Below are positions 17,051 to 25,008 of a stretch of 26,414 nucleotides of DNA, piece by piece. Every line of letters starts with the position of its first letter. Position 1 is the first letter of the stretch. This DNA comes from a virus (taxonomy: Duplodnaviria; Caudoviricetes). The notes under the pieces are model-generated. The model had not been told where the DNA came from and ran no database searches. It saw only the letters and a program-made list of their open reading frames with translations. The position numbers and the translations under genes are program-made. The stretch covers positions 1 to 26,414 of IMG/VR virus record IMGVR_UViG_3300039180_000770; one strand, given 5' to 3'.

Positions 17051-17077
17051 TAAACTTTATTCTTTTTTTACATATAA
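17051..17077 (+). promoter_or_regulatory. Putative bipartite phage promoter TAAAC-N16-ATATAA
   Basis: TAAAC 17051-17055 and ATATAA 17072-17077, before the exonuclease gene. Confidence 0.65.
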
Positions 17078-17090
17078 AAATAAACAGATT

Positions 17091-17840
17091 ATGGCAACAG
17101 CTCAATCATTAGCAACAACAGAAACTATAAATGGTAAAAGATACTATAATATAGGTAAAGGTAAAAAATATCCATCAGTAACAACAATCTTAGGTGCAAT
17201 GACAGATAAGTCTGGTATTGACAAATGGAGAAAACGAATAGGTGAAGAAAAGGCTGATGCCATATCTAAGTTTTCAGCAAATCGTGGAACTGTAATGCAT
17301 CAATTTTGTGAATACTTTTTAGGATCAGAAAAGGAGACTATTAGGGAAAGGCTTATTGACGCGCAAACTCTTATTGGTCCATTTGTAAAAGAAAATGGTT
17401 TTACTGAAGAAGAAACTAATATAGGAAGAAAATTATTCTTTAATTTTTATAATGGTAAATGTTTTGATCGTATTGCAAATGTAGTGTCTATCGAAGATAC
17501 CCTACACTCACCTGTAATGGGGGGTTATGCAGGTAGGGTAGATATTATATATGAGAATGAAAAAGGGCATCTAGTGATCTTAGATTTTAAATCTTCGAAA
17601 AAAGCAAAAAGAGAAGATTGGATAGAAAATTATAAAATGCAAATTGCTGCTTATGCATTAGCATACTGGGAAATGAATAAAAGAAAACCACAAGGCGGCG
17701 AAATTTGGATAAGTAATGAAGCAGATGGTTTTCCTCAGGTTTTTGAAATGTCTTTTGACGATATAACTAAATATGGCAAAATGTTTTTGGAGTTAGTAAA
17801 GGGTTTTCACGAAAAGTATGTACTTGAACCGAATATATAA
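17091..17840 (+). CDS. PD-(D/E)XK exonuclease (Cas4/RecB-like phage family)
   Basis: YPSVTTIL, RGT.MH, AGRVD, LDFKSS and QIAAYA motifs. Confidence 0.9.
   Translation: MATAQSLATTETINGKRYYNIGKGKKYPSVTTILGAMTDKSGIDKWRKRIGEEKADAISKFSANRGTVMHQFCEYFLGSEKETIRERLIDAQTLIGPFVKENGFTEEETNIGRKLFFNFYNGKCFDRIANVVSIEDTLHSPVMGGYAGRVDIIYENEKGHLVILDFKSSKKAKREDWIENYKMQIAAYALAYWEMNKRKPQGGEIWISNEADGFPQVFEMSFDDITKYGKMFLELVKGFHEKYVLEPNI
17831..17840 (+). promoter_or_regulatory. Putative late-type promoter GAATATATAA
   Basis: Identical to the 10-mer at 449-458; overlaps the exonuclease stop codon. Confidence 0.5.
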
Positions 17841-17855
17841 AAAAAATCAAAAACA

Positions 17856-18152
17856 ATGTTTATTAAGAACTATAAAGATTTTCTTTTTGAAGTTAGGGAC
17901 AAGAAACATGAACCGGCTGGTGAAAAAGCAGAAAAGGATCATAAGGATGGGAATCATGCTGGTAAAGACGAAGAATTAGAAAAAGAAATAGATGATGAAC
18001 TTACAGACATTGCGGAAGATTGCCCCCGGTGCGGAGAGCATATCGAATCTTGTGAATGTGCCGAGAAGGACCCATGGTCAACTCAAGTTTATCACAGAGT
18101 TTCAAAAGGAAAAGAAATTACACCAAAACCAAAACAAGAATTTAAAAAATAA
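17856..18152 (+). CDS. Small charged protein with capsid-targeting-like leader and CxxC...CxC motif
   Basis: MFIKNYKDFLFE leader; CPRCGEHIESCEC. Confidence 0.8.
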   Translation: MFIKNYKDFLFEVRDKKHEPAGEKAEKDHKDGNHAGKDEELEKEIDDELTDIAEDCPRCGEHIESCECAEKDPWSTQVYHRVSKGKEITPKPKQEFKK

Positions 18153-18156
18153 ACAA

Positions 18157-18444
18157 ATGAATAAATTTAACAAATTTTTTGCAGATCATGGAATTAAAAT
18201 AATTATAGTTATAATGGTATTAACTTATTTTAAATCATGTAGCATTGATTCTGAAGTAGAAAGAATCAAAAAAGAACAAAGAATACTAACTACAGAGATT
18301 GATACTTTATCATCTCAGATAGTTAATGAAGCTGAAATGATAAAACTTATTAAAGAAGTACCAGCTTGGAAAACTCTAAGAATTGAAGAAATTTCTGATA
18401 AAGAAAGAATCTCTATTAATGCCTTAGAAGAAAAAGATAACTAA
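18157..18444 (+). CDS. Membrane-anchored coiled-coil protein (95 aa; start re-assigned to ATG 18157)
   Basis: MNKFNKFFADHGIKIIIVIMVLTYFKSC then a coiled coil; ATG lies 4 nt after the previous stop and is in frame with track ORF 17992. Confidence 0.75.
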   Translation: MNKFNKFFADHGIKIIIVIMVLTYFKSCSIDSEVERIKKEQRILTTEIDTLSSQIVNEAEMIKLIKEVPAWKTLRIEEISDKERISINALEEKDN

Positions 18445-18446
18445 AT

Positions 18447-18965
18447 GTGGCTAATACACCTATAATACCTGGCGTACCTACTCCAACAAGCGGAGATCCA
18501 AAATGTGCATTAACTCTATGTGGTAGAATTATTGCTCAAGTTGATTGTATTATTATAATAATGCAAGGAACTAATGGCTGTATAGATATACAGTTCTTTG
18601 GAAAGGACGGTCTTCCTTTAGACTTAGATAGATTTACAGAAATTCAAATTATGTTATATAATGAGTTTGACTGTACAATTGCTAACTTTTTCTATCCAGA
18701 TGTACCTACTGGTTGTAAAGGATTAGTAATGACTATCTTACAATATGTAGATGCCAATGGTGTTATTCATAATGAAGGTATGGTAAGAATATGTTTAGAT
18801 GCTGCGTGCACAAAAACAAGCCCTAGTTCAATATTTGCAGAAATCTTATTAACAGAGTTAACAACTGCAGGTACTGCTGAAACTTCAGGGATTCCATGTT
18901 TACAAGTAGCAAAAATAATTCCATCAAGAATTTATGAAAATGGCTGTGATGATGGGTGTAGTTAA
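18447..18965 (+). CDS. Cys-rich hypothetical protein, possibly a virion beta-sandwich protein
   Basis: GTG start; 11 Cys in 172 aa; alternating hydrophobic beta-strand patterns. Confidence 0.7.
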   Translation: MANTPIIPGVPTPTSGDPKCALTLCGRIIAQVDCIIIIMQGTNGCIDIQFFGKDGLPLDLDRFTEIQIMLYNEFDCTIANFFYPDVPTGCKGLVMTILQYVDANGVIHNEGMVRICLDAACTKTSPSSIFAEILLTELTTAGTAETSGIPCLQVAKIIPSRIYENGCDDGCS

Positions 18966-18977
18966 AATATTAATATT

Positions 18978-19754
18978 ATGAAAACATTAAGAGAAAGATT
19001 ATTACATTATTTTATCATAGGTATATTTTGTAGCCTTTATTTTTTGGTAGCTACTATATCAATGATAAATTCTGTTGCATTTTTTGATTTAAGCCATAGT
19101 GGTTTAATGTCATGGTCATTAGCGATAGGATTTGAAATAGGGGCAGCGGCTTCTCTTGCTGCTATTATTATTTTAGATAAAACAAACAAACAAATGGTTT
19201 GGGGTTTATTCTTATTGCTAACTTCATTTCAGATGATGGCTAATTCCTTTCATGCTTTTATTAATTTAGAAAATTATATGGGTTGGATCGAATTGTTTGG
19301 CCTAGAAGAAACAGAGCCAATATATCAAAAAAGAATTTTATCTATTGTTAGTGGTGCTATACTTCCATTAGTAGCACTAGGATTTATTAAATCATTAGTT
19401 GATTATATCAGACCAGAGAAAACTGAAAAAAAAAGTTTAGATGAGGGTACAGACAACCTTGTTAAAAGTAAAATCCCAGTAGTAGTAAGTGAGGAGCTAT
19501 TGGATGAAGATTCTTATTCTCGTGATGCCGAAAAGGCAAAAAATCAAGTAGAAATTGGAGAAGTGCACATAGCACCTGAAACGGTAATTACCGAAGTACA
19601 GGTTGCTGATGCTGTAATAGAGCCAGTTTCTCCTTCGCATATTACACCAGTTGGAGATCCTATTGTGATACCAACAACCGAAACACCAACTAAAGCAGTA
19701 AAGCCACCATTAACGGCTAGACCTTTTAATAGAGGTGTTAATTCAAAACCATAA
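18978..19754 (+). CDS. Integral membrane protein (about 4 TM helices) with Pro/Glu/Val-rich tail
   Basis: Four hydrophobic segments in the first ~140 aa, followed by a low-complexity tail. Confidence 0.8.
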   Translation: MKTLRERLLHYFIIGIFCSLYFLVATISMINSVAFFDLSHSGLMSWSLAIGFEIGAAASLAAIIILDKTNKQMVWGLFLLLTSFQMMANSFHAFINLENYMGWIELFGLEETEPIYQKRILSIVSGAILPLVALGFIKSLVDYIRPEKTEKKSLDEGTDNLVKSKIPVVVSEELLDEDSYSRDAEKAKNQVEIGEVHIAPETVITEVQVADAVIEPVSPSHITPVGDPIVIPTTETPTKAVKPPLTARPFNRGVNSKP

Positions 19755-19807
19755 TCCTTTGTGATTAACTTTATGATTCGGAGGATTTTAAAAAATAAAA
19801 TATTAAT

Positions 19808-20515
19808 ATGCCCGCACGCACATACGATGACGAAGTCTTTAAAGAAAAGAGAAGACCAAAAAATCCAATAACATTTAAATTAAAACTTAATGAAGAGCAG
19901 AAGATAGCAAAACAAACAATATTATTAAATACAATTACATTACTTGCAGGTAAAGCAGGATCAGGTAAAACTTTATTAGCTTGCCAAGTTGCATTAGATG
20001 GATTATTTAGAAGGCATTATGAAAAAATAATTATAACTAGGCCAACCGTATCAAAAGAAGAGATAGGTTTTTTACCCGGTGATTTACATGCAAAGATGGA
20101 TCCGTGGGTACAACCGATTTATCAAAATATGTATAGTCTATATGGAAAGGATAAAGTACAACCTTTTATAGAAAGCGGCCAAATAGAAATTGTTCCAGTT
20201 TCATTTATGAGAGGTAGAACCTTTGTTGATAGTTGCGTTATTGTAGATGAAGCACAGAATGTAACTAATGACCAGATGGAAATGATTGTAACCAGAGTAG
20301 GTATAAATTCTAAAATGATTATATGTGGTGATGATGGCCAAGTTGATTTAAAAGGAAGAGGTGAGTCAGGATTTAGATTTTTGTATAATCAATCATCTAA
20401 AATTAAAAACTTATCTTCTATTACATTATTACAAAATCACAGAGATCCTATAGTAGATGATTTAATTGAAATCTATGAAGAGGAAAATTGTAAAAGATCA
20501 AATAAAAAAAAATAA
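19808..20515 (+). CDS. phoH: PhoH-family ATPase
   Basis: GKAGSGKT, IIITRP, IGFLPG, FMRGRTF, IVDEAQN, TRVG..SK and GD..QVDL motifs. Confidence 0.96.
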   Translation: MPARTYDDEVFKEKRRPKNPITFKLKLNEEQKIAKQTILLNTITLLAGKAGSGKTLLACQVALDGLFRRHYEKIIITRPTVSKEEIGFLPGDLHAKMDPWVQPIYQNMYSLYGKDKVQPFIESGQIEIVPVSFMRGRTFVDSCVIVDEAQNVTNDQMEMIVTRVGINSKMIICGDDGQVDLKGRGESGFRFLYNQSSKIKNLSSITLLQNHRDPIVDDLIEIYEEENCKRSNKKK

Positions 20516-20518
20516 AAT

Positions 20519-20785
20519 ATGGAGATTCCAAAAAAAGGAAAAGTATTACTTCAGTTCACAGCCGATTGGTGTGGACCGTGTAGGGCGATGAAATCAGTAA
20601 CAGAAGAATTTAAAAGTAAATCAGATGTTACATTCCAAAAAGTAAATGTAGATAAGGAATCTAATATAGCACAAAAATATGGGGTACGAAGTATTCCATG
20701 TTTTGTTGTCGTTGAAGATGATAAAGAAAAAGTTAGAAAAGTTGGCTCACAATCATTAAGCCAATTATTAGATCTTGTAAAATAA
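20519..20785 (+). CDS. trxA: Thioredoxin
   Basis: FTADWCGPC active site; KVNVD; YGVRSIP. Confidence 0.95.
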   Translation: MEIPKKGKVLLQFTADWCGPCRAMKSVTEEFKSKSDVTFQKVNVDKESNIAQKYGVRSIPCFVVVEDDKEKVRKVGSQSLSQLLDLVK

Positions 20786-20794
20786 AGTATTTAA

Positions 20795-21499
20795 ATGAAA
20801 GAAGATATAATTAACTGCCCATGGGCCTCATCCAAAGCTCAATTTTTAAATAAATTAAATTCAAAGGATGCATCAAATTATTTATGGATATTTGATAATG
20901 GTCATGGTGGTATTATAGACGGTGTATATCAAACAGCAGGAAAGCGGTCTCCGTTATGGCCTGATGGTGAAATATTATACGAAGGTGAATTTAATAGAGG
21001 TATAGTAAATAGGCTAATAAAATTATGTACCGATTCTGGCATTGATTGTATTAATTTAGTTGATACACAAGAAGACATAGCTTTATCAGAAAGAACTTCT
21101 AAAGCTAACTCTATTGCAAAAGAATCTGAAAAACCTTGTATTTATGTAAGCATTCATGCCAATGGGTTTAGTGATGAATCTGCTAATGGGTGGTCATGTT
21201 ATACATCAGTAGGACAAACTAAATCAGATGAGATAGCAACAATACTTTATAAAAAGGCAGAAGCTGAATTTCCAGATGAAAAAATGAGAAAGGATACTTA
21301 TTCAGATGGTGATGTAGATAAAGAATCTAATTTTTGGGTATTAAGAAAAACTAGTATGCCTTCAATATTATCTGAAAATTTCTTTATGACTAATTCAGAA
21401 AATTGCCATAAATATCTTTTGAGTGAAAGCGGTAGAGATCGTATTGCTAAAATCCACTTTGAAATGATACAGGAAGTTGAATCTACATTACCAATATAA
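20795..21499 (+). CDS. N-acetylmuramoyl-L-alanine amidase (Amidase_3), probable endolysin
   Basis: DNGHGG, E.EFNR, L.ER...AN, SIHAN and L.KT.MPSILSENFFMTN motifs. Confidence 0.93.
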   Translation: MKEDIINCPWASSKAQFLNKLNSKDASNYLWIFDNGHGGIIDGVYQTAGKRSPLWPDGEILYEGEFNRGIVNRLIKLCTDSGIDCINLVDTQEDIALSERTSKANSIAKESEKPCIYVSIHANGFSDESANGWSCYTSVGQTKSDEIATILYKKAEAEFPDEKMRKDTYSDGDVDKESNFWVLRKTSMPSILSENFFMTNSENCHKYLLSESGRDRIAKIHFEMIQEVESTLPI

Positions 21500-21539
21500 A
21501 ATGGAAAGGTAACGGATAAATAAAAAAAATAAAACAATT

Positions 21540-21791
21540 ATGAAAGAAAAAATAATTTATTTAGCAGGTGCACTACTTTTTGGAGTAGCGTCATGGCTAA
21601 TTGGAGCGGTTTATAGCATATCAGTAGATACTGCAATAATCAAAGATAAGATTGAAAAGGTGTATGAGGAGAACTGTCCTTATTGTATACATGCTGCGCA
21701 TAGTTCAATTGGTGAACACCCATTATTATCTCCTACAATAAAACATGCACATCAGCATGTTGGTGAGGAAACAATTAAGGTAAACGATTAA
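21540..21791 (+). CDS. Small single-pass membrane protein, His-rich with CxxC; possible lysis accessory
   Basis: N-terminal TM helix; CPYCIHAAH...HP...HAHQH; adjacent to the amidase gene. Confidence 0.65.
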   Translation: MKEKIIYLAGALLFGVASWLIGAVYSISVDTAIIKDKIEKVYEENCPYCIHAAHSSIGEHPLLSPTIKHAHQHVGEETIKVND

Positions 21792-21800
21792 CAAAAAACC

Positions 21801-21883
21801 AGTGGATTAAAACCCACTCTTAGGACCGAAACTAGTTTTCGGATTAAGTGCCAGGAGTTTCGCTACTTCTGGCATTGTTTTTT
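21801..21883 (+). ncRNA. Candidate structured RNA element of three tandem hairpins, the last terminator-like
   Basis: AGTGG/CCACT (21801-21818); CCGAAA/TTTCGG (21826-21842); 12-bp stem at 21847-21876 with loop TTCGCT. GC-richer than other intergenic DNA in the window. Confidence 0.4.
21847..21883 (+). terminator. Rho-independent terminator
   Basis: AGTGCCAGGAGT-TTCGCT-ACTTCTGGCATT stem with two G:U pairs, followed by GTTTTTT. Confidence 0.8.
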
Positions 21884-21890
21884 ATAAACC

Positions 21891-21978
21891 AGACATCTTG
21901 ACATAAATTATAAAGAAAAATGGACAATATGTCAACAATTTTACTTTGGCACGGTTTTTTCAGTATAGTATATAAATA
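21891..21978 (+). promoter_or_regulatory. hsp20 upstream control region: GACA/TGTCA operator-like repeats, sigma54-like TGGCACG, and TATAAATA
   Basis: Inverted repeat TTGACATA (21898-21905) / TATGTCAA (21928-21935); TGGCACG-GTTT-TTTCA at 21947-21962; TATAAATA at 21971-21978. Confidence 0.5.
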
Positions 21979-22015
21979 AGGAAACAAATCTTTATTTGTA
22001 AAAAACTAAATAAAT

Positions 22016-22414
22016 ATGTACACATTTTTTAATGGCTTTAAGCCAGTAACACAAGCAAGAAGAATCAACGATAATATTGATACACTATTAAAAGATCCTT
22101 TCTGGGATGAATTTGAAAACTTCTTTACAAAACCATCAAAAGGTTGGCATTGTATAAAGGAAGACGATAAGTGGATTTTAGAAATAGCAATTCCTGGATT
22201 AGTTAAAGAAGATTTAAAAGTTAAAATGATAAAGGGTGAATTAAGCATCATATCAGAAAATGAAGACAATGTTTGGTTAGGATCTTTTGATAAAAGGTTT
22301 ACTTTACCACAAGATGTAAATACTAAAAAAATTAAAGCAAAAGTAGAAAACGGAGTTTTAACTATAACGCTATTAATAAAAGAAGATACTGAAAATAATA
22401 TAGACATTAAGTAA
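22016..22414 (+). CDS. Small heat-shock protein (Hsp20/alpha-crystallin)
   Basis: EIAIPGLVKEDLKV, GSFDKRFTLP and IKAKVENGVLTI motifs, plus C-terminal IDI (IxI). Confidence 0.95.
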   Translation: MYTFFNGFKPVTQARRINDNIDTLLKDPFWDEFENFFTKPSKGWHCIKEDDKWILEIAIPGLVKEDLKVKMIKGELSIISENEDNVWLGSFDKRFTLPQDVNTKKIKAKVENGVLTITLLIKEDTENNIDIK

Positions 22415-22439
22415 ACAAATTAAAGAGTTAAGTATATAA
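22412..22439 (+). promoter_or_regulatory. Putative bipartite phage promoter TAAAC-N17-ATATAA
   Basis: TAAAC 22412-22416 and ATATAA 22434-22439. Confidence 0.62.
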
Positions 22440-22475
22440 TAATAAATATATTTAAATCAAAAACAAAAAGTTAAC

Positions 22476-22748
22476 ATGGATAACACAAATGAAAATCAAA
22501 ATCAAAATCCGGAAGAAGTAAATCCAACAGGAGAGCTTAACGGTCAGCAAGCATTAAATGTATTAATACAAGCTGTAAGAATCGCACAAGGTAAAGGTGC
22601 TTATACTATCGAGGATGCTGAATTAATTTCAAGAGCAATTAAGGTATTCGTTCCACCAACTCCAGCAGGAGAAGAAGGAACTGCTACTGATCCAATTGTA
22701 AATGAGGAAACTCCAGCTGAGCCAGTAATGACTAAAGTTGAAAACTAA
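22476..22748 (+). CDS. Hypothetical acidic protein with a helical-hairpin core
   Basis: Core ALNVLIQAVRIAQGKGAYTIEDAELISRAI flanked by acidic low-complexity arms; has its own promoter motif and terminator. Confidence 0.8.
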   Translation: MDNTNENQNQNPEEVNPTGELNGQQALNVLIQAVRIAQGKGAYTIEDAELISRAIKVFVPPTPAGEEGTATDPIVNEETPAEPVMTKVEN

Positions 22749-22767
22749 ATCTTACTTATAATTTTTT

Positions 22768-22795
22768 AAAAGGATCCAGAAATGGATCCTTTTTT
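22768..22795 (+). terminator. Rho-independent terminator
   Basis: AAAAGGATCCA-GAAA-TGGATCCTTTT stem with a GAAA tetraloop and T-tract. Confidence 0.9.
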
Positions 22796-22824
22796 AGCTT
22801 AATATATAATTAAAATTAAACTAA

Positions 22825-23490
22825 ATGGTTTCTTTAGTAGAGCTGCAGGAATATTGCCAAGAAAAACGAATTATCATCGTAGGTAATTCTGGCAAGATGA
22901 TAGGAAGTAATAGTAGAAATATTATTGACAGCTATGATATTGTAGTTAGAATTAATAACGGTTACCAATTTAGGCGAACTGCATTATCAGATAGTATTGG
23001 ATCTAACACTCATATTTTAGCAATAGGTATGAAATCTGCAAAACAAGCTTCTACTGTTATTAAAAGTAATTATATTGATTATATTTTAAGCCCTATTATA
23101 TTTAGTGAAAAGTTAGACTATTCAAATGTTTATAATGTAGATGATAAAACTTACAATCTTTTAAAAACTTCATTAGGAAATATTAAACCTTCAACTGGTA
23201 TTAGTGTTTATAATTTTTTTAATAGATTTATAAATTTTGAAAGATTAGACTTAATAGGTTTTGATTTTTTTACAAGTTCTACTAATCAGAGGAATGCCCT
23301 AGGTCATTTATTTGTAAAAGATCATGATGGTGCAAAAGAAAAAGAGTTTTTTGAAGATAGTAAAGATTCTGAAAAAACTAAACTGTATAAATTAAAAGGT
23401 GGCATGGTTAAGAATACTAATAATATTCCAAGATATGATGACATACAAGAAAGATACAGTTACAATATTAAAAAAGTTACTAAGAGATGA
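22825..23490 (+). CDS. GT29-like (sialyltransferase-motif) glycosyltransferase
   Basis: IIIVGNSG...IDSYDIVVRINN (sialylmotif-L-like), KPSTG and LIGFDFF (motif-S-like), HD...EK (VS-like). Confidence 0.78.
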   Translation: MVSLVELQEYCQEKRIIIVGNSGKMIGSNSRNIIDSYDIVVRINNGYQFRRTALSDSIGSNTHILAIGMKSAKQASTVIKSNYIDYILSPIIFSEKLDYSNVYNVDDKTYNLLKTSLGNIKPSTGISVYNFFNRFINFERLDLIGFDFFTSSTNQRNALGHLFVKDHDGAKEKEFFEDSKDSEKTKLYKLKGGMVKNTNNIPRYDDIQERYSYNIKKVTKR

Positions 23491-25007
23491 GCCGCAAAAA
23501 AATTATAAAAACAAAGCTAGATCCTAAATCTTATAGTAAAGAAGTTCCTATGAATATTCCTAGAATTTCAGTTAGAGATATAAAAAATTTTAAAACAGTA
23601 CCTCATGATAGGCATAAACACCAAAAGATTAATGTAACTAGAACTTTTAAAAAGAATACACCACAAGTTAGTAAACCTATTAATTTTTTAAGTAATGAAT
23701 TTACAAATGTAGAAAAAGATATATGTTTTGTTGTAGGTGGTGGGCCGTCTCTTAATGGTTTTGATTTTAGTCAATTAAACGGTTATGATACTATTGCTAT
23801 AAACAAAGCAGCTGAATATATTCAAAACCCTACTTATTTTATTACAACAGATTATTCCTATTTTCTTAAAGCATCTTTGCCAATAGATGAATTAAGCCAG
23901 AAATGCAACTATACTTACTTTGTAGCGAATATGTCACACCCTTATATGGAATATAAAAATAGTAAGGTGGTTGATACTCGTAGAAATTTTGTATATGAAG
24001 ATCTTTATAAATACACTGGAGTTATTGAATCTTATAATAAAACTGGCTTTGGTTCAAGTTTAAATGAATTTACCCATGGCGAAAACAGCGGACATTGTGG
24101 CATTCAACTTGCTCTATTGTTAGGTTATAAAAAAATATACTTATTAGGCTTTGATTTAAATTCTGACGGGCAGACTCACTTTCATCAATCTTATAGAGAA
24201 GTAGACCAAAAGTCATTTAAGAATAGAGTTAATAATTATGCTAAAACTTTAGTACAATCTTTGGCTGAATATAAAGGAGCTCAAGAAATTATTAATCTTT
24301 CATCATCAAGTATATTAACTACCTCACCACACATTAAAACCCAATCTTTTAATGATGTAGTAGATAATACTAAACATATAAGTACAGGCGATAACAGCAC
24401 CCTTGATAATTTAATGGTTGTCGGTTATTATACAGTTAATACACCGTATGAAGAAGAAGCTCAAAATTTATTACAATCACTAAATAAATTAAAAGTTAAT
24501 CATGATATTATTGGAGTTAAGACTTTAGGTAATTGGCAAGCTAATACTAGATTTAAAGCTGGGTTTATGTTAGATATGTTAATTAAGTGGCCTAAGCATA
24601 GATTACTTTATGTTGACGTTGATGCTGTTGTACATAAAAGCCCAGACTTATTTAAAAATTATAATTGTGACATAGCTGTAAGATGGCAAGACTTTAGATG
24701 GAGAAAGAATGAATGTTTAAGTGGAACTATTTATATGGAAAACAATGAAAGAACTAAACGTATCTGTGAATTGTGGAGAGATATAAATGTTACAGAAGGT
24801 AATGAATCAAATAGAATGGAGCAATGGAATTTAGATACTGTTATTAATAAGATGAAAGCAGAAGATCCTAATTTTACTTATAAGAACCTTCCACCAGAAT
24901 ATACAATGATATTTGATAGTATGAGAGGTATGTATCCTAATATAACACCAGTCATAGAACACTTCCAAGCAAGTAGAAGATTTAAGAAAGACGTAAACGA
25001 AAAATAA
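23487..25007 (+). CDS. Two-domain glycosyltransferase: Maf/DUF115 (GT42-like) domain plus GT-A nucleotide-sugar transferase domain
   Basis: N-domain: VVGGGPSL, IAIN, NSG...IQLALLLGYKKIYLLGFD...HF. C-domain: YYT.NTPY, GNW..NT.FKA, LYVDVDA, SGTIY, EQ, LPPEY and IEHFQASR. Confidence 0.8.
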   Translation: MSRKKIIKTKLDPKSYSKEVPMNIPRISVRDIKNFKTVPHDRHKHQKINVTRTFKKNTPQVSKPINFLSNEFTNVEKDICFVVGGGPSLNGFDFSQLNGYDTIAINKAAEYIQNPTYFITTDYSYFLKASLPIDELSQKCNYTYFVANMSHPYMEYKNSKVVDTRRNFVYEDLYKYTGVIESYNKTGFGSSLNEFTHGENSGHCGIQLALLLGYKKIYLLGFDLNSDGQTHFHQSYREVDQKSFKNRVNNYAKTLVQSLAEYKGAQEIINLSSSSILTTSPHIKTQSFNDVVDNTKHISTGDNSTLDNLMVVGYYTVNTPYEEEAQNLLQSLNKLKVNHDIIGVKTLGNWQANTRFKAGFMLDMLIKWPKHRLLYVDVDAVVHKSPDLFKNYNCDIAVRWQDFRWRKNECLSGTIYMENNERTKRICELWRDINVTEGNESNRMEQWNLDTVINKMKAEDPNFTYKNLPPEYTMIFDSMRGMYPNITPVIEHFQASRRFKKDVNEK

Positions 25008-25008
25008 C

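Noticed and set aside
17091-17840. CRISPR-associated cas4 or a CRISPR locus
   Set aside because: No repeat-spacer array or other cas genes in the window, and no four-Cys Fe-S pattern; a common solo phage exonuclease.
17992-18156. Long N-terminal extension of track ORF 17992-18444
   Set aside because: Overlaps ORF 17856-18152 by about 160 nt; ATG 18157 right after that stop gives a cleaner gene with an N-terminal membrane anchor.
19754-19790. Possible hairpin AATCCTTTG...CGGAGGATT before phoH
   Set aside because: Large loop, G:U-dependent stem and short T-tract; too weak to call a terminator.
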